Assembly: GCA_963843525.1 (NCBI GenBank)
Contig: CAWJKM010000005.1
Coordinates: 691,660-755,659 of the forward strand
Source of the DNA: Ignavibacteriota bacterium
Lineage (GTDB): Bacteria; Bacteroidota; Ignavibacteria; UBA10030; UBA6906
Direction of reading: 5' to 3'
DNA: 64,000 bases
Shown here: positions 1-8,446 of the stretch, in pieces
Layout of the letters: every line of letters starts with the position of its first letter
Numbering within the stretch: position 1 is the first letter of the stretch
The notes under the pieces: model-generated
Told to the model about the DNA's origin: nothing
The model's input: only the letters and a program-made list of their open reading frames with translations
Database searches by the model: none
Position numbers and translations under genes: made by a program

Positions 1-1
1 T

Positions 2-268
2 CCCTCGCGCACGTCGATCCTGGATCTGACCAGACGACTGCACGATCAGGATGGATTGACCGTCATCATGGTCAGCCATCTGCTCGATGATGTTGCCAAT
101 CATGCAAGCCGTATCGCCATTGTGGAACAATCCTTCTTTCAGGTTGGAACCGTCCAGGAGGTTCTCACCGGCGAAAACCTGAGCACGCTGTACGGCTTTC
201 CCGTCAATGTTGAATCGGTTCGCGGGCGGAAAATCGTCATCGCAGGAGGCGCACATGACGCCCACTGA
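2..268 (+). CDS. Metal (Mn/Zn/Fe) ABC transporter ATP-binding subunit, C-terminal part (truncated by window edge)
   Basis: Frame is open from base 2. It has the H-loop 'VIMVSHLL' and a tail 'VLTGENLSTLYGFPV' typical of ZnuC/MntA-type ATPases, and overlaps the downstream permease. Confidence 0.85.
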   Translation, partial: PSRTSILDLTRRLHDQDGLTVIMVSHLLDDVANHASRIAIVEQSFFQVGTVQEVLTGENLSTLYGFPVNVESVRGRKIVIAGGAHDAH

Positions 269-1082
269 GATCATCAGTACGATCATGAGTGAGTTCCCGT
301 TCGCGCTGTACGGCAGCATCCTGGTCGGCGTCGCCTGTTCTTTTCTGGGTGTGTACATTGTGGCCAGACGTGTGGTTTTTTTCGGTGCCGTTCTCACGCA
401 GGTCTCCGTGCTGGGTCTGACGGTGACGTTTCTCCCGTTCCTTCCCCTGTCGCATACTGTCGGGTCTCTTGTGGTGACCCTGGGGAGTGTTGTCATTCTC
501 TCCCAGATGCTTACGGGAAAGAAAGTCCCGCGCGATGCGGTGCTGGGATTTGTCTTTGTGGCATCCGTGGCTGCTCGCATTCTGATAATGCAAAAAGCGC
601 CCAAAGTGGAAGCTGCGGAAATCGAGAATCTCCTCCGGGGCGATATTCTCTTTGTCACCCCGGATCTTTTCTGGCTGATGGCGGGTGCGTTTCTCATCGC
701 GATGATCCTTCAGAGCCTGTTCGCAAAGGAGTTCTCGTTCATCACCTTCGATACCGAAACCGCCCGGACGCAGGGATACAACGCCGGAATGTGGAATCTG
801 ATGTTTTATCTGATCGCCGGTATGATCATTGCAGTGGCCACACACATGGTGGGAGACCTCCTGGTCTTTGGGTTTCTTGTCGTGCCTCCGGTGGCGGCGA
901 CGCTGGTGGCCAAACGCGTCCGCACCATATTTCTCCTCTCTGTGGCAATAGGGCTCGTCTCCCCGCCGATCGGACTCTATTTCGCGTTTCTTTGGGATTT
1001 CCCCGCGTCGCCCACCATCGTCGCCGTCGCGGCACTCTTCCTGCTCGTTGCGTTTCTCTACAACATCTTCCGGCGACGATGA
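255..1082 (+). CDS. Metal ABC transporter permease (ABC-3, ZnuB/MntB family)
   Basis: Multi-TM protein with 'FLGVYIVARRVVFFG', 'LLRGDILFV' and 'FITFDTETARTQG'. GGAGG RBS lies before ATG 255. Confidence 0.9.
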   Translation: MTPTEIISTIMSEFPFALYGSILVGVACSFLGVYIVARRVVFFGAVLTQVSVLGLTVTFLPFLPLSHTVGSLVVTLGSVVILSQMLTGKKVPRDAVLGFVFVASVAARILIMQKAPKVEAAEIENLLRGDILFVTPDLFWLMAGAFLIAMILQSLFAKEFSFITFDTETARTQGYNAGMWNLMFYLIAGMIIAVATHMVGDLLVFGFLVVPPVAATLVAKRVRTIFLLSVAIGLVSPPIGLYFAFLWDFPASPTIVAVAALFLLVAFLYNIFRRR

Positions 1083-1098
1083 GGCAGGAGTCCCGACC

Positions 1099-1124
1099 GG
1101 AACCATTGCCGATGAAGCCGTGTT
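1099..1124 (+). promoter_or_regulatory. Candidate ECF-sigma promoter GGAAC-N18-GTT
   Basis: GGAAC at 1099-1103 and GTT at 1122-1124, upstream of the anti-sigma gene. Resembles SigR/SigH-type consensus, but the motif is short. Confidence 0.35.
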
Positions 1125-1269
1125 AATTTGATTGGTTACAGGTTGCTGGAAATAGCGAACCGTTCTCACTCCTCAATGGACCCGGGGTGCTCTTCATCAT
1201 CGATTCGTGAAGGTCATCCAATGTACTGCCGGCGTGCCATATAGAGGAGTTTTCGTTTCGGATCATTCT

Positions 1270-2130
1270 GTGGATTGTCATCAATTTCGATGTTTGATTA
1301 CGCCTGCTGTGGACGACCGTTTGGAAGGTGCGGAAAGGCTGGCTTTCGACCACCATGCCCAGGAATGTCCAGAGTGCAAGCGTCAATTCGACCTGGAACT
1401 CTTTGTCAAAGAGAAAATCCGGGGGAAGGTCCCGCGCGTCCCTGCGCCGCCGGACCTCCGCGAGCACATCCTGGAAGGGATCAATGATCTCGTGCGGGCT
1501 GAGCGGTCACGCACCCCGTGGCCACGCAGGATTCTTTCCGTCGCATCCATCCCGGGCGTGAAGCCTGCGGCCATTGTCTCCCTCCTGGTTCTTTCAGTAT
1601 TTTTCCTTGTGATGTCGAAAACCACGGGGTTGAATCACGGGGAAACCCTCGACCGGAATCTTGTGGAGCATTCCTTCTCAAGTTATCACGACCTGAAAAC
1701 CGGGTTGCTCTCACCGCAGATCATGTCCGACAATCCGATGCGTGTCCAGGGATTTCTCTCACCGCAGATCGAGTGCCCGGTTGAAGTCCCCCTGCTTCGC
1801 AATTTTACTCTTGTCGGCGGGCTTGCCAACAACTTTCGCGGAGTGCGCGTGGCGCAGGTCCTGTATCGCAAAGGGGAGACTATTCTTGCGTTGATTCAAA
1901 TTCCTCTCGACGCGGTCATCCGCAACAGAGGACTGTCGCTCCCGCTCGAGGCCCGCGATGAACTCCTTCACAGCGGTTGGTACTCTGACACTCATGCGGA
2001 CGGCATCGCGGTTGTTCTGTGGACCCGCGGGACAACGCTCTGCGCTGCCGTTTCCGGAATGGGATGTTCGGAGCTCCGCGCAGTTTTGCGTGAATCCGAT
2101 GATTCCTCTGCACACAATTCTCCCTGGTGA
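1270..2130 (+). CDS. Zinc-binding (zf-HC2/ZAS) transmembrane anti-sigma factor
   Basis: N-terminal C...HxxxCxxC (CHQF...HAQECPEC), one TM helix (AAIVSLLVLSVFFLVM) and a periplasmic C-terminal domain. GTG 1270 start is inferred; the ORF is open from 1207. Confidence 0.85.
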   Translation: MDCHQFRCLITPAVDDRLEGAERLAFDHHAQECPECKRQFDLELFVKEKIRGKVPRVPAPPDLREHILEGINDLVRAERSRTPWPRRILSVASIPGVKPAAIVSLLVLSVFFLVMSKTTGLNHGETLDRNLVEHSFSSYHDLKTGLLSPQIMSDNPMRVQGFLSPQIECPVEVPLLRNFTLVGGLANNFRGVRVAQVLYRKGETILALIQIPLDAVIRNRGLSLPLEARDELLHSGWYSDTHADGIAVVLWTRGTTLCAAVSGMGCSELRAVLRESDDSSAHNSPW

Positions 2131-2146
2131 TTCTCACAGCGGTTTC

Positions 2147-2175
2147 TTGACAAACCCCCTTTCTCTTTCTATATT
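2147..2175 (+). promoter_or_regulatory. sigma70-type promoter of lon-dnaX
   Basis: TTGACA (2147-2152), 17 bp spacer, TATATT (2170-2175). Confidence 0.8.
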
Positions 2176-2243
2176 TTGCAGGCTAGGTCCACAAGGTGTC
2201 TCCAGACACCTTGTTCTGTCTTTCAACACTTCCATTGAGCTCC

Positions 2244-4652
2244 ATGTCGACTGATTCCACCACATCGGTAACACAGGCAGGTGAAGCGGCGGACCAGATC
2301 CCTCCCCGCCTTCCCGTGCTCCCGTTGCGCGACGTCGTTATCTTTCCCTCGATGATCTTCCCTGTCCTCGTCGGTCGCGAGTCGTCTCTCCGGGCAGTGA
2401 ACGATTCCCTTGAGCACAACAAATACCTTTTCCTTTCGGCGCAAAAGAACCCCCTGACGGAGGAGCCAGGCGAAGAAGACATTTACCGCGACGGGACGGT
2501 GGCGAAGATCATTCAAATCCTCAAGCTTCCCAACGGGCTGATGAAGATCCTAGTCGACGGCATCGTGCAGGCCTCCGTGTCGAAGTTTGTGACCAACACC
2601 CGCTACCTGGAGGCGGCAATCAAGGTGCACGATGAGCCGGTACAGATGGACTCGGAACTCGATGCCCTCCTCCGGCACACGTCGACGCTCTTTGCGGAGT
2701 ACGTGCATCTGAACAGAAACGTGCCGAGCGAAGTCCTCGTCGCCTTTGAAAACACCCGCGATGCGCGGCGAAAGCTCTTTTACATCGCTTCCAATATCCT
2801 TCAGAACGTCGAAGTGAAGCAAAAAATCCTCGAGATCACGGGGATTCGCGAGCAGTTGCACGAAGTGATACGGATCCTCAATTCGGAGATCGATGTTCTC
2901 AAGATTGAAAAAGAGATTGACACGAAGGTCCACGACAATATCGCGAAGTCGCAGCGCAAGTATTTCATCCAGGAACAAATCCGCATCCTGCAGGACGAAC
3001 TCGGGGAAGACGAATCGAACCCGGAGCTTTTAAAACTGCGTGAAGACATCAAGAAGTCGAAGATGTCGAAGGCAGCGGAAGAGAAGGCGATGGAGGAATA
3101 CCAGAAGCTCAAGAAAATCCCCCCTCTCTCGCCGGAATCCACCGTCATCAGGAGTTACCTTGACTGGATGATCAGTGTTCCGTGGTATAAGCGCACGAAA
3201 GACAACCTGAGTGTGGAGCATGTGCGGAAGATCCTCGATGAGGACCACTTCGGCCTGGAGAAGCCGAAGGAGCGGATTCTCGAGCACATCGCCGTCCTCA
3301 ACCTTGTGCGGGAGGTAAAGGGGCAAATCCTCTGTTTTGTCGGTCCCCCCGGCGTTGGGAAAACCTCGCTGGCAAAATCCATCGCCCGCGCCATCGGCAG
3401 GAATCTCGTCCGCATCTCTCTCGGCGGGGTGCGGGATGAAGCGGAAATCCGGGGACACCGTCGCACCTATATCGGGTCCATGCCGGGAAAGATCCTCCAG
3501 TCCATGAAACGCGCCGGCGTCATCAATCCCGTGATGCTGCTCGATGAAGTGGATAAAATGAGCATGGACTTCCGCGGTGATCCCTCCTCGGCGCTCCTCG
3601 AGGTCTTGGACCCCGAACAAAACAACACGTTCAACGATCACTATCTTGACGTGGATTACGATCTCTCCAGCGTCATGTTCATTACCACGGCGAATGTGCG
3701 CTACCAGATCCCGCTGCCGCTGCAGGACCGGATGGAAATCATCGAGCTGCCCGGATACCTCCAGCACGACAAACGAGAAATCGCCAAGCGGCATATCATC
3801 CCGAAGCAGCTTGCGGAGCACGGGCTGGCGAAGAAGAACGTGACGATTTCCGATGCGGGAATCGACAAAGTCATCACCGAATACACCCGGGAAGCCGGAG
3901 TCCGGAACCTCGAGCGGGAAATAGCCACCTTGTGCCGGAAGACAGCAAAAGAGGTCGTCGAAGCGAAGCAGAATAAAAAGAAAAAGGTCGATCGGATCGC
4001 CATCGATCCTGCAAAAGTGGAAAAGTATCTGGGCGTTCCCCGGTTCCGGAGCCGCCAGTTAACGAAGGAACCGCGGGTAGGGTCGGTGACCGGTCTGGCA
4101 TGGACGAGCGTGGGAGGAGAGATCCTCAATGTGGACGTCACTGTGATGCCGGGACCGGAGCGGCTCACGTTGACCGGGCAACTGGGAGAGGTGATGAAGG
4201 AATCCGCCCAGGCAGCGCTCAGTTACCTCCGTTCGAATGCGAAACGACTTTCGCTCCCGGACAATTTCACCAAGGGGAAGGAGATTCACATTCATCTTCC
4301 CGAAGGAGCCATTCCGAAAGACGGGCCTTCCGCGGGGATTACCATGGCGGTCGCACTGTATTCGGCCGTGAGCGGGAAGCCGGCCCGGAGCGATACGGCG
4401 ATGACCGGCGAAATCACGCTCCGCGGTGAAGTTCTCGCCATCGGCGGGTTGAATGAAAAACTGCTGGCGGCGCAACGAAGCGGCATCGTGAACGTCCTCA
4501 TCCCGTCCGAAAACGAAAAAGACCTGCCGGAAATCCCGGCGCGGGTGAAGGAGGGGCTGACCATCACACCGGTCAAGTCGATCGATGAGGCGCTCCGGAT
4601 TGCCATGAGCAATGGAATCCGGAAGAATGGAAAACGGAGTCGAAAAGGATGA
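2244..4652 (+). CDS. lon: ATP-dependent protease La (Lon)
   Basis: LON N-domain 'LPVLPLRDVVIFP', Walker A GPPGVGKT, 'IRGHRRTYIG', catalytic Ser in PKDGPSAG and Lys in GGLNEK. Confidence 0.98.
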   Translation: MSTDSTTSVTQAGEAADQIPPRLPVLPLRDVVIFPSMIFPVLVGRESSLRAVNDSLEHNKYLFLSAQKNPLTEEPGEEDIYRDGTVAKIIQILKLPNGLMKILVDGIVQASVSKFVTNTRYLEAAIKVHDEPVQMDSELDALLRHTSTLFAEYVHLNRNVPSEVLVAFENTRDARRKLFYIASNILQNVEVKQKILEITGIREQLHEVIRILNSEIDVLKIEKEIDTKVHDNIAKSQRKYFIQEQIRILQDELGEDESNPELLKLREDIKKSKMSKAAEEKAMEEYQKLKKIPPLSPESTVIRSYLDWMISVPWYKRTKDNLSVEHVRKILDEDHFGLEKPKERILEHIAVLNLVREVKGQILCFVGPPGVGKTSLAKSIARAIGRNLVRISLGGVRDEAEIRGHRRTYIGSMPGKILQSMKRAGVINPVMLLDEVDKMSMDFRGDPSSALLEVLDPEQNNTFNDHYLDVDYDLSSVMFITTANVRYQIPLPLQDRMEIIELPGYLQHDKREIAKRHIIPKQLAEHGLAKKNVTISDAGIDKVITEYTREAGVRNLEREIATLCRKTAKEVVEAKQNKKKKVDRIAIDPAKVEKYLGVPRFRSRQLTKEPRVGSVTGLAWTSVGGEILNVDVTVMPGPERLTLTGQLGEVMKESAQAALSYLRSNAKRLSLPDNFTKGKEIHIHLPEGAIPKDGPSAGITMAVALYSAVSGKPARSDTAMTGEITLRGEVLAIGGLNEKLLAAQRSGIVNVLIPSENEKDLPEIPARVKEGLTITPVKSIDEALRIAMSNGIRKNGKRSRKG

Positions 4653-6325
4653 GTGACTATATTGTCACTGCACGGAAGTGGAGGCCGATGCGGTTCGAGG
4701 ACGTGGTCGGGCAGGAACATGTGACCGCCACGTTGAGAAATGCCATTGCTTCGCACCGCCTGGCACACGCCTATCTGTTCAGTGGCCCGCGTGGTGTCGG
4801 GAAAACCACCACTGCACGGCTTCTCGCAAAGGTGGTCAATTGCAGTGCACCGGTCGACGGCAACCCGGACAACACCTGCGAGCACTGTGTCGAGGTGAAT
4901 GAGGGCCGGAGTTTTGACGTGCAGGAAATCGACGGCGCCTCGAACCGGGGGGTCGAAGAGATCCGCAACCTTCGCGAGTCGGTGCGCTATGCGCCGGCAA
5001 AAGCATCGCGCAAGGTGTACATCATCGACGAAGTCCACATGCTGACCAAAGAGGCGTTCAATGCCCTCTTAAAGACCCTCGAAGAGCCGCCTCCCCACGT
5101 CCTGTTCATTTTCGCCACGACAGAACTTCAGAAGCTTCCCGCGACGATACTCTCCCGCTGTCAACGATTCGAATTCCGCCGCATCCCGGTCGACAGGATC
5201 AAACAGAACCTCGCTGCCATCGCACTCGCGGAACACCTTTCCCTTGATGATGAGTCGTTGCAGCTGATCGCGCGCAAGGGGGACGGATCGTTGCGGGATG
5301 CGCAAAGCACGTTCGACATGGTGATCTCTCTCTGCGGGACGCAGGTTACCGCCTCGCAGATTCTCCAGGCGCTCAATGTGGTGGATCAGGACCTGTACTT
5401 CCGCGTGACCGATCTCATCCTGGAGCGGAATACTGCGGGTGCCCTCGCCCTGGTGGAAGAAGTGGTCAACCGGGGATACGACCTGAAAGAGTTCACCGAG
5501 GGCCTGGTGGAACATTTCCGGAATCTGCTGATCGCGCGCGCGACCGGATCGACGAACCTCATCGAAGCATCCGATGTGTACCGGAAGCGATATTCCGAAG
5601 AGAGCGCAAAGTTCACCGTGTCCGATCTGATGCGGTTCCAGCGGCTTCTCGCGGGGACAAGCACATCGTATCGCTGGGTGTCGCAACCGCGCTTCAAACT
5701 CGAGGCGGATATCGTGCAGCTGATGACCCTGCCCTCGGCGCAGGATGTGGGAGAGGTCTTGAAAGAGATCGATACCCTGAAAAAAAAACTTCATGAAGCA
5801 CCCCCCGTCTCCATCCCGGTAGAAACTCCCGCACCGGTCCATCCTCCCGCAAAAGCCGTTGTTCGTCCGGGACTCACTCCCCTCCGGCCGGCCGTTTCTG
5901 AGAAATCGATTCATCCCCGGGAACTGAAACCCCCGGCACCACAACCCCGGGACCCGCAGTTGCCGTCCGCCCCATCGCGGATCAATGCGGGCGAGGTGAT
6001 GTCGCGCTGGAAGGAATTCGCGGACCTGGTTCGCAAGCGGCGGATATCATTGGGGACGACGATTGATGCCGCGCAGCCTGTGTCGGTACAGGGGGCGTTG
6101 ATCAGCGTGCGGTGTTCGGAGTCCTTCCATGCCGATCAGATTATGCGGAACCGGGAAGCACTCTCGGATCTTCTGGAGGAAGTGTTTCACGTGCGGATGC
6201 GTCTGGATCCGGTGGTAGAGCCGCCGTCGATTGATTCGAAAGAGTCGCCTGAAACAGCTGCGGAGGAGGAGCATCCGCTCCTCAAAGTGATCAAGAAGGA
6301 GCTGGGTGCGCGACCGGTGGATTGA
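4649..6325 (+). CDS. dnaX: DNA polymerase III subunits gamma/tau
   Basis: 'ARKWRP..F..VVGQEHV', GPRGVGKTT, 'EIDGASNRGVE', 'DEVHML', 'SRCQRF'. A Pro-rich linker precedes the C-terminal tau domain. Overlaps the lon stop (ATGA). Confidence 0.98.
   Translation: MSDYIVTARKWRPMRFEDVVGQEHVTATLRNAIASHRLAHAYLFSGPRGVGKTTTARLLAKVVNCSAPVDGNPDNTCEHCVEVNEGRSFDVQEIDGASNRGVEEIRNLRESVRYAPAKASRKVYIIDEVHMLTKEAFNALLKTLEEPPPHVLFIFATTELQKLPATILSRCQRFEFRRIPVDRIKQNLAAIALAEHLSLDDESLQLIARKGDGSLRDAQSTFDMVISLCGTQVTASQILQALNVVDQDLYFRVTDLILERNTAGALALVEEVVNRGYDLKEFTEGLVEHFRNLLIARATGSTNLIEASDVYRKRYSEESAKFTVSDLMRFQRLLAGTSTSYRWVSQPRFKLEADIVQLMTLPSAQDVGEVLKEIDTLKKKLHEAPPVSIPVETPAPVHPPAKAVVRPGLTPLRPAVSEKSIHPRELKPPAPQPRDPQLPSAPSRINAGEVMSRWKEFADLVRKRRISLGTTIDAAQPVSVQGALISVRCSESFHADQIMRNREALSDLLEEVFHVRMRLDPVVEPPSIDSKESPETAAEEEHPLLKVIKKELGARPVD
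5780..5796 (+). other. Candidate recoding site in dnaX (A9 run, TGA in the -1 frame)
   Basis: CTG AAA AAA AAA CTT CAT GAA. The -1 frame reads ACT TCA TGA; the +1 frame stops at TAG 5820-5822. Confidence 0.65.
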
Positions 6326-6460
6326 TTTATTTTTCTTGCCGGGTTCGGAAAAACGACTGACTCACAGTAATACTAATGAAGGCACTCCGGTTGCAGACCT
6401 CGCGCTACAAGTGCGGGAGGGCGCGGATTGGCGGCAGTCGGCTCAGGTCTTCTTGGACGG

Positions 6461-6499
6461 AGGGAAAGCCGCTGGCGGGAGCGGCTTTCCCTTATTTTT
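6461..6499 (+). terminator. Intrinsic terminator downstream of dnaX
   Basis: 13-bp stem AGGGAAAGCCGCT / AGCGGCTTTCCCT with a 6-nt loop, followed by TATTTTT. Confidence 0.8.
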
Positions 6500-6718
6500 C
6501 CCCCCTTCTGCTCCACTTTGCTTCCCCTGGGCAGTGCTTCCGGTAATGACTGTGATGCCATGAGGGCACGGAAATCCCTGAAAACCCTCATTCAAGGCTG
6601 GCACACACGATTTTTCGTACCACCCCCGTCCATTCTCCTCGTCAATGCACCCCGCCCCCCTCCCTTGACTTTCTGCATGATTTTGGAGAGTTTTGTATAC
6701 CGTCGTGATGTAAGGCCC

Positions 6719-6835
6719 CGCGGAGATCAAAGAGGACGAGGAACCGATTAGAGCTTGAGATCGATTGTTCACGATGTACTCCTTCGTCCTCGCTTCGTTG
6801 CTTCCATCGGAACGAAGTGTCTCCGCGTTTTTTTT
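6719..6835 (+). ncRNA. Candidate structured RNA (three-way junction plus U8) in the leader of the PorV-like gene; family unknown
   Basis: P1 6719-6726/6820-6827, P2 6732-6739/6784-6791, P3 6792-6799/6811-6818, then T8 at 6828-6835. Confidence 0.5.
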
Positions 6836-6850
6836 GTTGAAGGGATTGGA

Positions 6851-7879
6851 ATGAAACGCCTCGGATTGATCACCGTACTTCTCCTTACCGCGTCCACGTG
6901 GTCCGTTGCCCAGGTTGTCTTCGGTAAATACGCCGGTGAGTTTCTGGCACTGGGGGTGGGCGGACGATCGCTGGCGATGGGTGGTGCAGCTGTCGCGACG
7001 ACGGGCGATGTGACCGCAGGCTACTGGAACCCGGCGGGCCTGGCCCAGATCATGTACCCGCAGGGGATCCTCATGCACGCCGAGCAGTTCGGGGGCCTCG
7101 AAAATCATGACTACGCCGCCTTCGCCATTCCCTACGGCCCCAAAACCAGCCTCGGGATCAGCGTGATCCGTCTGGGCGTTGACGATATCCCGGATACACG
7201 AAACGCCGGACTCGATCAGTACGGAAAAGTCACCTACGATATTAATCAGTTCAGTCGTATCGATCCCTCGCGCGTCTCCTCCTTCAACGCTGCGGACTGG
7301 GCATTCTTCTTCACGTACGCGCGCGCGGCCACCGAGGATTTTTCCTATGGAGGGAATCTCAAAGTCATCAGAAGGGGCATCGCCGACCACAGCGCAACAG
7401 GGATCGGGTTTGATGTCGGCGTTCTCTATAGAATTCACGAGCATATCATGCTCGGAGCCAATGTCCAGGATATCACGACAACCCTCCTTGCCTGGGATAC
7501 CGGGTTGAAAGAGCTCATCGCTCCCACCGTCAAGCTCGGGGCCGCGGGTTTCATCGATGCGTTGGCCGGAAGGTTCACGCCGGCGGTCGATTTCGACATC
7601 CGGTTCGAGAACCGGCAAACCGCATCGATGTTTCACGTCGGCGCGGTCAGCGTTGACGTCCATTCAGGTCTCGAGTACACCTTCAAGAACGTCGTCTCTC
7701 TTCGCGTCGGCTACACCGATATCAAAGCGCCGGCGTTCGGCGCAGGAATCCATCTTCCGAAACTCACCATCGACTACTCGTTCGTGAAGTTCGATAAGAC
7801 GGACCAGCTCGGGGATACCCACCGGATCTCTCTGATGTTCACGCTGGAATCCGATCAATTCAAACGGTCTGCAGAGTGA
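6851..7879 (+). CDS. PorV/PorQ-family outer-membrane beta-barrel protein (type IX secretion-associated family)
   Basis: Signal peptide, the family-typical 'FLALGVGGRSLAMGGA...D..A.YWNPAGLA', 'GIGFDVG' and C-terminal 'LGDTHRISL'. Confidence 0.85.
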   Translation: MKRLGLITVLLLTASTWSVAQVVFGKYAGEFLALGVGGRSLAMGGAAVATTGDVTAGYWNPAGLAQIMYPQGILMHAEQFGGLENHDYAAFAIPYGPKTSLGISVIRLGVDDIPDTRNAGLDQYGKVTYDINQFSRIDPSRVSSFNAADWAFFFTYARAATEDFSYGGNLKVIRRGIADHSATGIGFDVGVLYRIHEHIMLGANVQDITTTLLAWDTGLKELIAPTVKLGAAGFIDALAGRFTPAVDFDIRFENRQTASMFHVGAVSVDVHSGLEYTFKNVVSLRVGYTDIKAPAFGAGIHLPKLTIDYSFVKFDKTDQLGDTHRISLMFTLESDQFKRSAE

Positions 7880-7892
7880 TGGAGAGCGAGCG

Positions 7893-8444
7893 ATGTCCCG
7901 CGCGTCAGGTTTTTCCCTCCCGGCATTCATCGTTTGCACCGGTGTAGCGCTCCTGCTCGCCGGGTGCAGCTCCTCACGACAGTCCACCAGCAGTACCTCC
8001 GAAACATCCTCCTCCGGCGAGGAGGCATTTCCCACGCCCGATGGGTGGTTGAATTTTTCCGCGGACTCTTCGCGGAACACGCTGGCGTGGTTTGTCCGGG
8101 ACGACTACGGCGCGGAGATCATTATCGAAGCGATCACCGGCGGCAGCACCGACGGTACCCCATCCGTGAACGTCAAACAACTGACGGCGCTCACCCGCGC
8201 GGTGTTTTCGATGGATACCGTAAACGGAGAGAAGGTGCTGCAGCGACCGGTAAGGGACCGGTCAGGTGGGAACGATCGGTGGACGTATATTTTGCAGAAC
8301 GACGCCGGGGATCGCCTGCGGGTGGTCATCACAGCGTCGGAGCGTTTCGGAGCGCTTCGTTCTGCCACAACGGTGCTTGCCGATCAGCGTCTCGCGGAAG
8401 TCGCACGGGTGCAGGACGCGCTTCTTTCGGGTCCTGTCCCGTAA
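7893..8444 (+). CDS. Hypothetical lipoprotein
   Basis: Lipobox LLAGC followed by a Ser-rich linker. GGAGAG RBS; starts 13 bp after the PorV-like gene. Confidence 0.7.
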   Translation: MSRASGFSLPAFIVCTGVALLLAGCSSSRQSTSSTSETSSSGEEAFPTPDGWLNFSADSSRNTLAWFVRDDYGAEIIIEAITGGSTDGTPSVNVKQLTALTRAVFSMDTVNGEKVLQRPVRDRSGGNDRWTYILQNDAGDRLRVVITASERFGALRSATTVLADQRLAEVARVQDALLSGPVP

Positions 8445-8446
8445 CC

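Noticed and set aside
6326-6850. SRP RNA (ffs), which often neighbours dnaX, or a small ORF at 6376-6546
   Set aside because: No SRP domain IV motif on either strand. The short ORF lacks an RBS and runs through the terminator.
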